The translations under genes were made by a program, and so were the position numbers. A stretch of 64,000 nt of DNA, taken from Nemertoderma westbladi. Lineage: Eukaryota > Animalia > Xenacoelomorpha. Under the pieces are notes generated by a model that saw only the letters and a program-made list of their open reading frames with translations, searched no databases and was not told the DNA's origin. The DNA is taken from NCBI GenBank assembly GCA_032718475.1, contig JAUCBJ010000011.1, positions 1 to 64,000 of the forward strand, given 5' to 3'. This document shows, piece after piece, positions 12,228 to 23,863 of the stretch; the first letter of the stretch is position 1; every line of letters begins with the position of its first letter.

Positions 12228-12520
12228 TTTATTCCAAAACATGTCTGGGGACTGGGATCCTTGATTCTAGGAAATTGATCTTTTTAAGAATATCGGTAAG
12301 TGCTACGATATCTTAATAGACTAGAATTTTAAAGGATCTAAAATTTGACAGATTTTGTAAATATTAATGATTAATATTTAGGATGGGCACCAGTTTATTC
12401 CAGAACTTGTCTGGGGACGTTAACCACTGATTCTAGAATTTTGTCTTTCAAGTATATCGGTGGGTGCCGCGATATCTTAATCGACTAGAATTGCAGATGG
12501 TCAAAGGGTTTAACAGATTT
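12228..12520 (-). repeat. Two diverged copies (~166-bp period) of a stem-loop element between pol and the accessory ORFs
   Basis: Copies start at ~12228 and ~12394; both keep the ATTCTAG/CTAGAAT, TTAAG-ATATCG/CGATAT-CTTRA and CCAGA/TYTGG pairings. Confidence 0.75.
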
Positions 12521-13039
12521 ATTTTGCGTTGTACGCTACTGTTAAAGGGACATCACGCTACTATATGTATTATTTAATATATGGTATGAGAGCAATATCG
12601 CACGAAGCAATGTCAGTGAGAAGAGGCAAGTCGTTTCCAAGGTCTACCCAGAGCTTGGTTTAGCCGAGACACGAGGATCTGAATTTTGCATTCCTAATAC
12701 TCTACTTACCAATAATACTTGAATATAGTAGGAGCTTTATTGTACTTTAATAAGTACGGATATTTCATCTTACTGTAGTTACGTATTTGTAATGTAATAC
12801 GGACAGTAAGGAAAGAGAAAAAGAATTATTTCTCGCCGTCGCACTAAATATATAATATATAAGTAATTAAATAATAAACGCAAATATATTGCACTAATCT
12901 ACTAAATAATCGCTAAAATAACATTCTACTAAATAAAATTAAAGAAAACGATTATAATAAAATTACGTAATAATACATACATAAATATAAAATGATAAGA
13001 ATATAAAATAATATGGTCACACACCCACTCCATACGCTA

Positions 13040-16000
13040 CTAAGCTGGGGAGTCCCTAGATGTTTGTTGGATTAGGGAGGTGGTCGTGGGAAGAGTATCT
13101 TGTCTTCCATAGTTTCCGGAGAGTTCTCTGTCTCTTTCCAGTAAACATAAACGACCAACTGGGCGGTTGAGCTGCTGTGTCTCGAAGACAATTCCCGGTT
13201 TCTTGAAGTTACGTCGCATGACGACGAGTTCTACCGATCGCACCAAACCGTCATCCGAGATGTGAGTCTCGATGATACGACCTGTCTGCCACTGCTTACG
13301 TGGAAGATCTGAATTCACAATAAGGACCATGTCTCCAGCACTGACGTTTTCTTGCTGCGCAAACCACTTAGTTCGAAGTTGTAGCGTGGGCAGATAATGT
13401 TTTTCGAAATGGTCAGCGAAACGACGGGATAACAATTGCATGAGTTGCCAAGTTTGCCGGCAGTATTCGTCTCCGTCTGTGATTTCCGATTGTGGGAGCA
13501 TGGCTACAGGTTTCTTCAGTAGGAAGTGCGCGGGTGTTAGCGCTTCCAGGGAATCGGGACTCGATGAGACTGGCATAAGCGGTCTCTCGTTGAGATAGGC
13601 GGTGATTTCCTCCATTAACGTCTGCAAAAGTTCGTCGGTGAGATACGCGCGGCACGGCACTATAAAGTGAAATGCGGTCTTCACACTTCTAATTAATCTC
13701 TCCCAACTTCCTCCCCACCAAGGGGCGTCGGCGGCGTTGAAGGTCCAGCTAGACGCTGTTACCCCCTTAGCTGATCGTCCACCTGTCTTTGGTTCCAATC
13801 TTTGACGTAAGCTTTGATTTCATTGTTGGCACCAATGAAGTTTGTTCCCTTATCAGATCTCATCGTGTTACTAGTGCCAAAGCGAGCGATCTGTCGTCGT
13901 AAGCTTAATAGGAAGCTGTTGGTAGACAAATCGTTCACCATATCGAGATGGATAGCTCTACAAGTCATACAAACAAAGATGACACACCATCTCTTGACTA
14001 TGGTCCTAGCACGATATACTTCAATAGGGCCAAATAAATCTACACCGGTATTAGTAAAGGGTGGTTCATAGAAGCTTACTTGTTCCCTAGGTAATTCTGC
14101 CTCTCGCTGTGTTAAAGGCCTACTGAATGCTTTCCTACAGGGTATACAGTTCCTAAGAACTTGGTTCAGAGCACTACGGGGTTTATAGAAATAATAGCGA
14201 GTTCGAATTTCGCTAAGAACTCGTTCTCTACCAGCATGATAAAGTTTGCTGTGAACATCTACAATCATCTTGACTTGTATTTCAAGATTTCTAATTAGTA
14301 TGGGAAACTTAGTGTCAAAGGATAATGGAGCATTCGTTAATCTTCCTCCAACACGTATCAACCCATCTATCATTGTGCTAGAGAAACGATCCCTTAAGCG
14401 CATCTGTGGATTTCTCAACAACAGGAAATACTTATCGGAATCATCATAGCATTGCAGGAGTCTCAGCATCTGCTTGTTGGTTTCTTCATGCTCCTGATAA
14501 CTGATCTTCTCCTTCAGAAACCTGTCGGATATCTTATATTTGGGAAGATCTTTAACAACATGGACCTGCACTGATGTCAGCGGAGCGGTATCACTATTGG
14601 TCTTCATCCCGGAGTAGTGATGGTGAAAACATCTTTTTAAATATGTAACGGCTTTACAGAGCCGATTCCAGGAACTGTAGTGATGTATCGCTCTCTGCAG
14701 GAGAGGTGAGAGTCTTTGCGAGACGTCTGGTATTACAGATTTCCAATCCTTCTCACGGATTTCTACAACAGACTTATTTATGGCTGTGGGTTTCTGATCC
14801 AAAGCGTCGTCTCCGGAAGTATGTAGTACAGACAGATCTACCGTAGGTTTAAATAACTTCGATTTACTCGCCCGAGTTTTAGGTTTGACTTTCTCCGCTC
14901 CCTTGGCCTGTCTGATCTCTGCCGTAGTAAGATGAGGAGGCCATTCTTCTTCTTCTTTGTAGAGGAAGTCGGGTCCACCTAGCCAGTCTGGAGTATCTAC
15001 CAGTTCCTGTGGAGTAGCTCCCCTGGAGGCGATGTCTGCTGGATTGATCGTTCCGGGGCAATGTCTCCATTGATCAATCTTCGTGCGACTAAGTATAATG
15101 GCTACTCTGTTGGTAACGAAGACGGTGAACTGACAGACTTCATTGGTTATATACTCCAACACGAGTAAAGCATCGGTCCAATAGACAGTTTTCTCCAGTG
15201 GATAGTCGATCTGTTCTGTTACATTCCGGCCGATGGCTGTAGCGTATAGAGCCGCTTTTAACTCCGCTCGAGGAACTTTCAACTTGTTGTTTATCAATGC
15301 CTTAGAGGTAACCAAGGCGACTTTGATTCCATCCGGAGTTTCCACTCTTAGGTAGGCTACTATACCTATTCCCATATCGCTGGCATCTCCAAACACATGG
15401 AGTTGATAGGAATACGTAGGGAGAACATGACCAAAATATGAACGGGAAATTATAAAGTTCTCGATGGCTGGTAGAGAATCTTCCCATTTCATCCACTTCT
15501 TTAATAATTCTCCCTTAAGTGGATCGTCCCATGAGTGGTTTTCAAGCCACATTTGTTGTACTAAACTCCGAGCAATCAATATAACTGGGCTAATAAATCC
15601 CAATGGATCGAAATAAGTACTCAGGATACTTAAACAAATCCGTTTAGTCCGAACTGGATTATCCCGCTGTTTTAGCTGGAAAAACAGGATATCTCTCTCT
15701 GTGTCCCATTTCAAACCAAGGGTCTTGGTTTCTGGAAGATCATCTTTGATTAGATCTAGGTCTTTCGCTCCTCGATCTTCTACCGGGATCGACTCCAGAA
15801 ACTCACGGGAGTTGCTGGTGAATTTAGTTAATCGAAATCCACCTCTTTTTAAGCACTCTACCATTCCTTTAGCGACATCAATGGCTTCTTCGACTGATGG
15901 AAGGGACTTTAGGTTGTCGTCCATGTATATATCCCGTTTGATGTTGTCAATCACCTCTTTAGAGAAGGCTTCTCGGTTGTCATCCGCAGTGGTGCGCACC

Positions 16001-19000
16001 ACTGAACAGGCGTTTGAAGGGCTTGAGATTATCCCAAAAGCCTGGATGGTCATCCAGTACTCCACCGGTTTCTGGTTGAGGTCTCCTTCAGGCCACCACA
16101 GAAATCGTAGGCTATCTCGATCCCTATCCAGCGCCTTGACTTGTAAGAACATGCCTTCTATATCTGAGGCGAAAGCGATTGAATATTGTCTTAATCTTAA
16201 GAGTATTCCCAACAAGGATTGGAGTAAGTTGGGTCCGGGTAACAATTCGGAATTAAGGGATTGGCCCATATAGAGGGCAGAGCCGTCAAACACCACTCGT
16301 ACCTCATGGGGTTTACCGGGTTTGGGAACGTAATGGTGAGTTAAATAATACGTTCTCTCAGTTATAGGTGTTTCTTCCGGTACTCGCTCCGCATATCCCT
16401 TGCTAATAAATTTCCTCAACTGCGTTTGATACATTTCTTTAGCTGAAGAATTTGCCGTAAGGCGTCGATGTAGTTGAGCAATTCTTTTCTCCGCCAAGGG
16501 TCTGCTGTTTATGAACTTTGGTTCTCGCTTTCTGAAAGGTAGACCGATTTCATATCTACCTTGATCTTTAAGAAAACGTGTAGTTGTCTCTTGGATCTGC
16601 TTGGCTCTTTCTTCTTCTACCGATAGGGCCTTATTGTAGGAATTGGGCTCTACAGCCTCTTGAGTAAAGAATCGTACGGCGTGTTCATCCCGAGCCTTGG
16701 CATTACAACGTTCAATGACGTCATTCAGTTCGTCGTTATAGTCGTCTCGTTCTGATGGATGAAGGAGCTGACATAAGTTCACTTGGTTTTGCCAAGTCTC
16801 GTTTACCTTAAGGAGATCAATGGTATTCTCCTCGTCGAAGAGTAGGTGGATATCGTCGTTATCTGAGGAGTATGGTGTTCCCTCAGTGGGATCGTCTAAC
16901 TCACTGCTCTCAACTTCCCATTCTCTTACTTGATATACCTGATCTTTCGGTAATCTTTCCATGAGAGTTCTACGGGAAGGGCCAGTAAAGTACCAACCCA
17001 CTCTAGTTCTTCCCGCATAAGCTTGTAGTGGTTGCGGTTGAGCAGGCCGTTTCTCCAATGTCTCGAGCGCTTCATGCGCGTTTTGACCGATGAGTATTTG
17101 CACTCCAGGGTAATCGGTGTTGAATCTAGGTATTTAGAGCTGCTGGGTGAAATCGTCCTCATCCCAGTTATAAGGTTCCACTTGGCTGGTAGCGAAGTTC
17201 TTTATCGCCACCATTTTTACTGACCTTATACTATGTTCTCCTAGTTCATCCTGGGGGGTGGACAACGCACCTACATAATAATCCGCTATTACTGTAGATT
17301 TCCAAACCTGCATAATTCCTGACATGTTTAGCTTAGTTCGGAACTTGGGTTGTCCAGCAAAGATGTCTTCGGCTAGTTCTTTGTCGATGAATGTTCCTGT
17401 GCTATCGGAGTCAAGGAGGGCGTTCACTATATAACTCCTTTTAGGTCCGTGGACCCTTAACTGTACTACAGGAAATTCTCGGATTCCTACATTGGAAGTT
17501 GGCGCCTTCCAAGATGGTTGTCAATCAGAAGTAGTTAGGGTGAGGTCGCTGTCTGTGTCTTTTTCATACGTAAGTGCTCGATACACTGCGGTATTTATCA
17601 TGTAACAGGATTCATCTTCGTCGGAGAATTCATCCGTATAGAATCCTTCCATCTCAGAACTTTGGTCAGTGTCGTTCACATCACTGAATTGGACATGTAG
17701 TTCGGAATCACTTACCTGACTCGGACTGTTTCGTTCGAATTCAGTGTGCAACAAGATATGATGTTTCGCACCGCACTTTGCACACCTTGTGTCGGAGTAA
17801 CAGGTTCGCCGTTGGTGTCCTTGTCTGAGGCAATTATAACACAACCGCTTATCCCACATGACTTCCCGTCTCTCCGTTAATGATTTCTTCAGGAATTCAT
17901 CACACATATTCAAACGGTGGGTCCCGTCACATAGCACACATTTCGGTTTGATGTTACTTACCTTATTTTGAATAACATTGTGCACACTCGTTCTTTCTTC
18001 GGGCTTTCTCACCTGAATTCTCTTAGGAGACGTAGGAGGAGTTTTTCTTACCTGTTCTCTCCTGTCATTGGCTCGAGACTTGAATTTACTTACCTGTTCT
18101 TTAGGCGTTTTATTGACATAATAAGATCTTTCAGTGTCTTTCCCGCTATCCTCTCCTTGAGAAGTCTGGCTTTCGCCGTCGTCGGTATAACACACTGGTG
18201 TTACTTTTCTCCTAGAAACGGGTTTCTCACTTACCTTGTTTTCCGGTGTCTTCTCTCTGGATTTCCTTAGGAGCTGTAATTTCACTTCTCCATCTAAGAA
18301 TGACATGGTAGGGTCTCGTCGTTGTTGTTCCATCATATATAACACTTTCTTATCCCAGCGTGTACCTACTCCACCCTTCGGTAAAGTAGAAGCCACGGCT
18401 CCAATAACCATAGAACTCTGATATTCATGAGACTTACCTAACCAATCTAATTGTCTACAGATCTCTTGAATCTCATCGGAAAACTCTATTATCCCAGTTG
18501 CCAACGTTGTAGCGGGCGGACGAGGGACAACGGGCGACAAATCATTAATATTTCGCTCGGAGTCCAAGACATAAACTGTCTCATGGGCTGTTCTGCTGGG
18601 CACAGGTAGCTTAGTGCTATGCAAAGAGAATTTAGAGGTAGGTTCTGGGAGTACAGGTGTCTCTATCACCGAAGGGGTGGCTTCGGGAACAGGCCTAATT
18701 ATTTCAGGCTCATCTACTATAGTAGGGAGTCTGTCTATTTTAATAATTTGGTCTATGGGTTCTGTACTACCTAAGTCTGTGCTAGTTAGTTGTTTTCGAA
18801 CAGCTGGGGGCAAATCAGGCAATTTCTGACGGTGGGACATTCTTCTACGTCTGCTGAGACGAGATCTATTTCCTCCACCTTCAGTATCGGTGGTATCGCC
18901 TTCCTCAGATGATGTATATCCCTGTCTTTTGGGAGTAGATCGACTCATCATCTGCATTTGACTAGCTGTTAACTGTTTATTTATGCAGTCTTGATTCTCT

Positions 19001-20397
19001 TGAATATTTTCCAACTCTAGTTGTGTGGTCTCTTCAGCTGCTCTTCATTCTGCTTCTGCCACTGCTCGCTTTCTTTCTGCTTCTACTGCTGCCGCTGCCG
19101 CTTTTCTTTCTGATTCTGCCACTGCCGCTGCTGCTTTTCTTTCTGATTCTGCCGCTGCCGCTGCCGCTTTTCTATCCACTTCTGCCGCTTTTCTTTCTGC
19201 TTCTGCCTCTGCTGCTGCTATCTTTCTGTCTTCTATACGTTTTTTCTTTACTTGTTCTTCTTGGACTCTAGTGATGCGGAGACGTTCATCAAATTTAGCT
19301 TGGTTCGCAGCTCTCATATCCGCATCGATTGCGTCCAACACAAGCTTGGCTCCTTCACTGTTAGGGCTAAGTCCATCTAGCCTTCTCCTCAACTCTTCAT
19401 CTCCTACAAAACGTTGATAGTCCGACAGATAGATGTCAATAGCATCCCTCTTATGCGGTTTCTCTACCGTCGCTTCACTTTCCACTTGGGAAAATGTAGC
19501 GTCTGTGGATTCTCCATGGATTGAGCGCTCAGCTAACTGAGATTTCCAAGGGGCAGTTCTTTGAACTTGGAGACTCACCCGCTGTAACCAAGTCTTTACG
19601 GCAACTTGCAACGACGTGTCTTGTCTTCTTTTCGAAGCCTCCTCAAAGGCCGATAGGATTAGTCTGATTCTTAGAATTCTTTCTCGAACTTGATAAAGCA
19701 GCTCTCCCTGCTCTTGAGGTCCTTGTGGTTGTCTAAACAATTGTTCTTCTAATCGCTCCATGGAGCCGAAGAATCCCTGTACGTATCCGGCTGCGGACCA
19801 CTTCCACACAGCTGGATCGATGGTTTCCATGGTTACTCCCATCCTGTGTATGTCTTCCCAGGCAGCTTCCGATAAGTCAAACGGGAGTCCGGGTCCGGGG
19901 AAGTTCCATTGCGACTCGACAATAGACTTCAGTTCTTCCCTTGTGTATACCGCATAACTATCCTTAGTCGATCTCTTACTTCTCGCCCAATCAATCTGGT
20001 GTTCCTCCACCGCAATCAACAACCTAGTGAGTACGGCTGCAGGAAGGATGAGAAGGGGATCCGAATAAACCGCATCTGTCATCTTTGCTCCGTGCTCGGG
20101 TGTCAGCTCTACAGTATCCGCACTACTGTAGCTGTCGGGCCGCTGAGAAATAAGTTCTCGGCTCGAGTGTTGCTGCTGTTCCGCTGCTTCTTGGTCCCGC
20201 TTGACCTGAGCTCGAGTGCCTATGATAGACCTACGGTGTTGGACTAGCCTAGGGTCTGATACTACTACTGGAGGGATGATCTTTCTTACAGTAGGAGGTG
20301 AGTTGAACTTCGGTCTCACACGTTCCACACTCCTGTCTGGGTCACAGATGGTCGTATCTAGGAGACTGTCTGACAGGTTTTGCTTTGTGTCAGACAT
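13040..20397 (-). pseudogene. BEL gag-pol polyprotein, disabled
   Basis: One frame broken by stops at 19047, 17523 and 17136 plus a frameshift near 13780. Gag zinc knuckles CVLCDGTH/CYNCLRQGH/CAKCGAKHH; protease ALLDSDS (DSG altered); RT RVVFDGS and YMDD; RNase H HVFGDAS; integrase GVDLFGP, RSDKGTNF, WWGGSWERL. Confidence 0.95.
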
Positions 20398-20519
20398 GTT
20401 TGTTTGTACAGTTGAATGCCTACTGCTATGTTACAGTTAAAGCAAATCTAGTAATTCAGTATCAACTGATAGCCTAGTAATTAATTACCGATATCGTCAC
20501 TGAATGTAACTTGATATAT

Positions 20520-20900
20520 ATATAATATATTAGAATACCGGTATGCTTATAGTATATATAAGTATTATTACAGACTAGGTTTGTCACAGAATACCTGTAT
20601 GTAATTTCTGCACAAATATATATAAATATATAATAGGCCTATCGTGAATACCGGTATACAGCTTACACTTATAGTATATATAAGTATAATTATAAACTAG
20701 AATTAATTACAGAATACCGGTATAATTTCAGCCTAGATTTATAAATATATAATAGGTCTATCGTGAATACCGGTATACAGCTTACACTTATAATATATAT
20801 AAGTATAATTATGAACTAGAATTAATTACAGAATACCGGTATGATTTCAGCCTAAATTTATAGAAATAAATATAATAAGCCTATGTTAAATACCGGTATG
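20520..20900. repeat. ~119-bp AT-rich tandem repeats in the BEL leader
   Basis: About three copies containing atcgtgaataccggtatacagcttacactta...ttacagaataccggtat. Confidence 0.75.
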
Positions 20901-21859
20901 TCAATTATTTTGGAATAATTGAATTTCTGAATTTTAGGGGTTACTTGGTTACTTTAACTTACTTTATTACCGTTATTTAAGCAGTAGTCCAACTGATATT
21001 AAGACCTAATTGTTGTATGGCAGGCCTACTATTTATAAATCGTTTGAGTTGATTTATAATATATATACCCGTTTAATGGGTTTTGTCAATATTTGAAATA
21101 AATGTTATTATTTCTGGGGGAGTCACTACACAGAAGCTGTACGCTCTCAGTGGAGTGCTACTTGTTGGACACTAAAACAAATAATTCTAATTTACCTAAG
21201 TTACTTAATACTACAAATTACGTACAATTCTGGGTGAGATTACAATCTCTAAATAAACACAAAAATTACACGTACGAATTTTTAGGGTAATTTTACAAGA
21301 AGTCTACAAACCAGCCTAACAAAGGGTTAGAATATCTGGTTATTACAACGGACAGGGTACTACGGTATTTGAAAATAATAAGTAGTAGTAAATATACTGC
21401 GTTGTCCAGATAGGAAAAATACCACCGTCTGACGACTTATAGCCGTATCGCTATAAATACTACGTTATGTATCACGGAGTGTTCCTACCTAGAAGTTAAT
21501 TACCGCGGTCTACCAGAACCAACGTGCCTATTAACCACTTTACAACACAAATATACCGTCTACACACTAATTGCCTTCGGAAAGCACTGTACACTAAACC
21601 CTAAATTAGGTACAAGTACTTATACAACAAATAATCAGTAGTTAAAAATACTTGAACAGCTAAAAGAACCACGGTATCTGCTGGAGTGACCGGGGCACAA
21701 AATCACCAGTCTTTACCTACGCCAAGCAGCCCTGATGTAGTACCGGGGTTAATTTAACTATAACGGTATATATAACAAGCACAATTACTGTAGGAATAAA
21801 CTTGGGGATATGAATGTTGCGAATAATCGCATAAACTCTGAATAATAAATATTACAGTA

Positions 21860-22401
21860 CAGACTATTCAAACAAAATGCAGACCAAATACCGACAGACT
21901 ACTATCAAGCCTAAACAAACTACGGTATATGCAGACTCCGAAATGGTTAGTTAGTATGCGTTCTAACCGAGTAGTACGACTTATTCTTTCGAGGGGGTTT
22001 ACCTCACAGCACTGGAAGCCCCTACGTTCCCAACTGGCACTTTATCGGACATACACTCTACACACACCGAAATCTTTTCAGACCTAACAACAGCCAGTCA
22101 AAATCCAGCCTACAAATTATCTAAATAAGAAATATTACGCTACCCGTACAGACTACACAAACAAAGTACAGACCAAACGCTGGCAGACTACTATCAAGCC
22201 TAAATATACTACAGTATATGCAGACTCCGAAATGGTTAGTTAGTATGCGTTCTAACCGAGTAGTACGACTTATTCTTTCGAGGGGGTTTACCTCACAGCA
22301 CTGGAAGCCCCTACGTTCCCAACTAGTACTTTTTCGGACATACGCTCTACACACACTACAGTCCCTTCAGACTTAACAACAGTCCAGCCTACAAATTATC
22401 T
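21860..22401. repeat. ~290-bp tandem duplication in the BEL leader
   Basis: cagactactatcaagcctaaa...ggaagcccctacgttcccaact occurs at ~21895 and ~22184. Confidence 0.85.
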
Positions 22402-22680
22402 GTACAATCTGAGCAGGCTTACACGCCTTCTGCTCAATATTGGCCTACAAATAAATAAAACTGACAGAAATAAGTAAAATCTCAATAAAAAACCAGGGCG
22501 GGCCCTCCCTGATTCAATATTAAGGCCTACCGGTATATAATTATCAAATCGAATAATACTGCTGTACCTGTACTACTGTAGGTACCGGTCCGGGTGGTTA
22601 GGTAGTCAGGCCTACTAGGTACCGGTTAACCGGTACTTCAGCTTTATTTCCTACTGCAATACAGAAGCTATATCTGTTAT

Positions 22681-23858
22681 TGTTCGCGCTTTTAGACCTT
22701 TAGCAGTTTAACCTGCCAAATTTGGATGTCTTCTAGATAATAAATCGTCTTTAGCCTATGACAAGTATTTGATACACTACATTAGCCGAAGCCAGTCTAT
22801 GCGCGACCATTCACCCGCTGGATATACCCGGGAGACTGGATTCGGAAGCCCAACTGTATTGCGGTGTAGGCCTACTGTATTATTCGACTGATCTTAATAT
22901 ATAATCTCTGACAAATATTATTCACTTTCGGGAAATATTAACAGTTCCTTTAGGACGTGGTGCTCTAAATATGTAAACAGAGTTATGACTTAAACTAGAC
23001 ACAACGGGAAGGCTATAGATTCACGTATATGGCGCATTCTTTAGGAGATGCTTTGTTATCAGTCACAATCATACACAATACTGCACAATGCTGCACACCG
23101 ATCTGCCGACCTTCACTAATTTTAGTCACATATAAAGAGAACAACAACCAATACATGTAGTGCCTATGAAATAGCATTAGATTCACTTCAAAACCACTTT
23201 AATGTAAGTCGCAATCGTTATATGTAACTGGTCTCTCTTACCTTCAGTATATCAAGAAGATTGAGGGTTTGTAATTATTTATCGGTATTCCAAATATAAT
23301 AATATTCCATCAACAGATATAATGAATAACCGACAGTAAATAGCAGTAAAAATGCGGTGTTTGTAGTTGACAATATGATTAGGTGAGTGAGTTGTGAGAT
23401 GCGATAACAGATATACGTTCTATAATTAAGCCTACTAATGTTGGGCTAAAGACTGAAAACACAGAGATTCCAAAAGCCGGTCTTCTAGGCTCAGGACAAA
23501 ATGTAAACATTGACCCATAATGCATTGCGCGATTTCCCGGAGGTTTCTGTACAAAAAGCAGGAGAATCGCTCTGATTGGTTGACCGAACAAAGAAACACC
23601 AGAGAACAAGGAAAAAGCTACACGTGTACAGCTCAGCTGTTAGCTGTCGTTATAGTAACTACACTGTTTCAAGAGGATCTAGCGCATTGCGTCATAGAAT
23701 TGCTAATTATGTCCGCTAAAGTACACATACAGAAGAAATGGCTTTCTACGTCCCCTAAAACACCAGTACAGTAAGGATACGGCTTTTTATGCCTGTTAAA
23801 CCAACTACAGAGTACTTTACGGGGAAAATAACCGGCTAATTCCGCAAAAGCTTTTACA
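22681..23858 (-). repeat. 5' LTR of the BEL element
   Basis: Direct repeat of 7179-8356; bounded by the TSD AGGAC at 23859-23863. Confidence 0.96.
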
Positions 23859-23863
23859 AGGAC

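Larger units (their letters stand above)
7179..23858 (-). mobile_element. BEL/Pao LTR retrotransposon, 16.7 kb, with accessory ORFs
   Basis: Two 1178-bp TG...CA LTRs; 5-bp TSD AGGAC at 7174-7178 and 23859-23863; gag-PR-RT-RH-IN order with BEL-type motifs. Confidence 0.96.

Noticed and set aside
17134-19047. Programmed readthrough at the BEL gag-pol stops
   Set aside because: Three scattered stops, a frameshift and a DSG-to-DSD change are better explained by decay.
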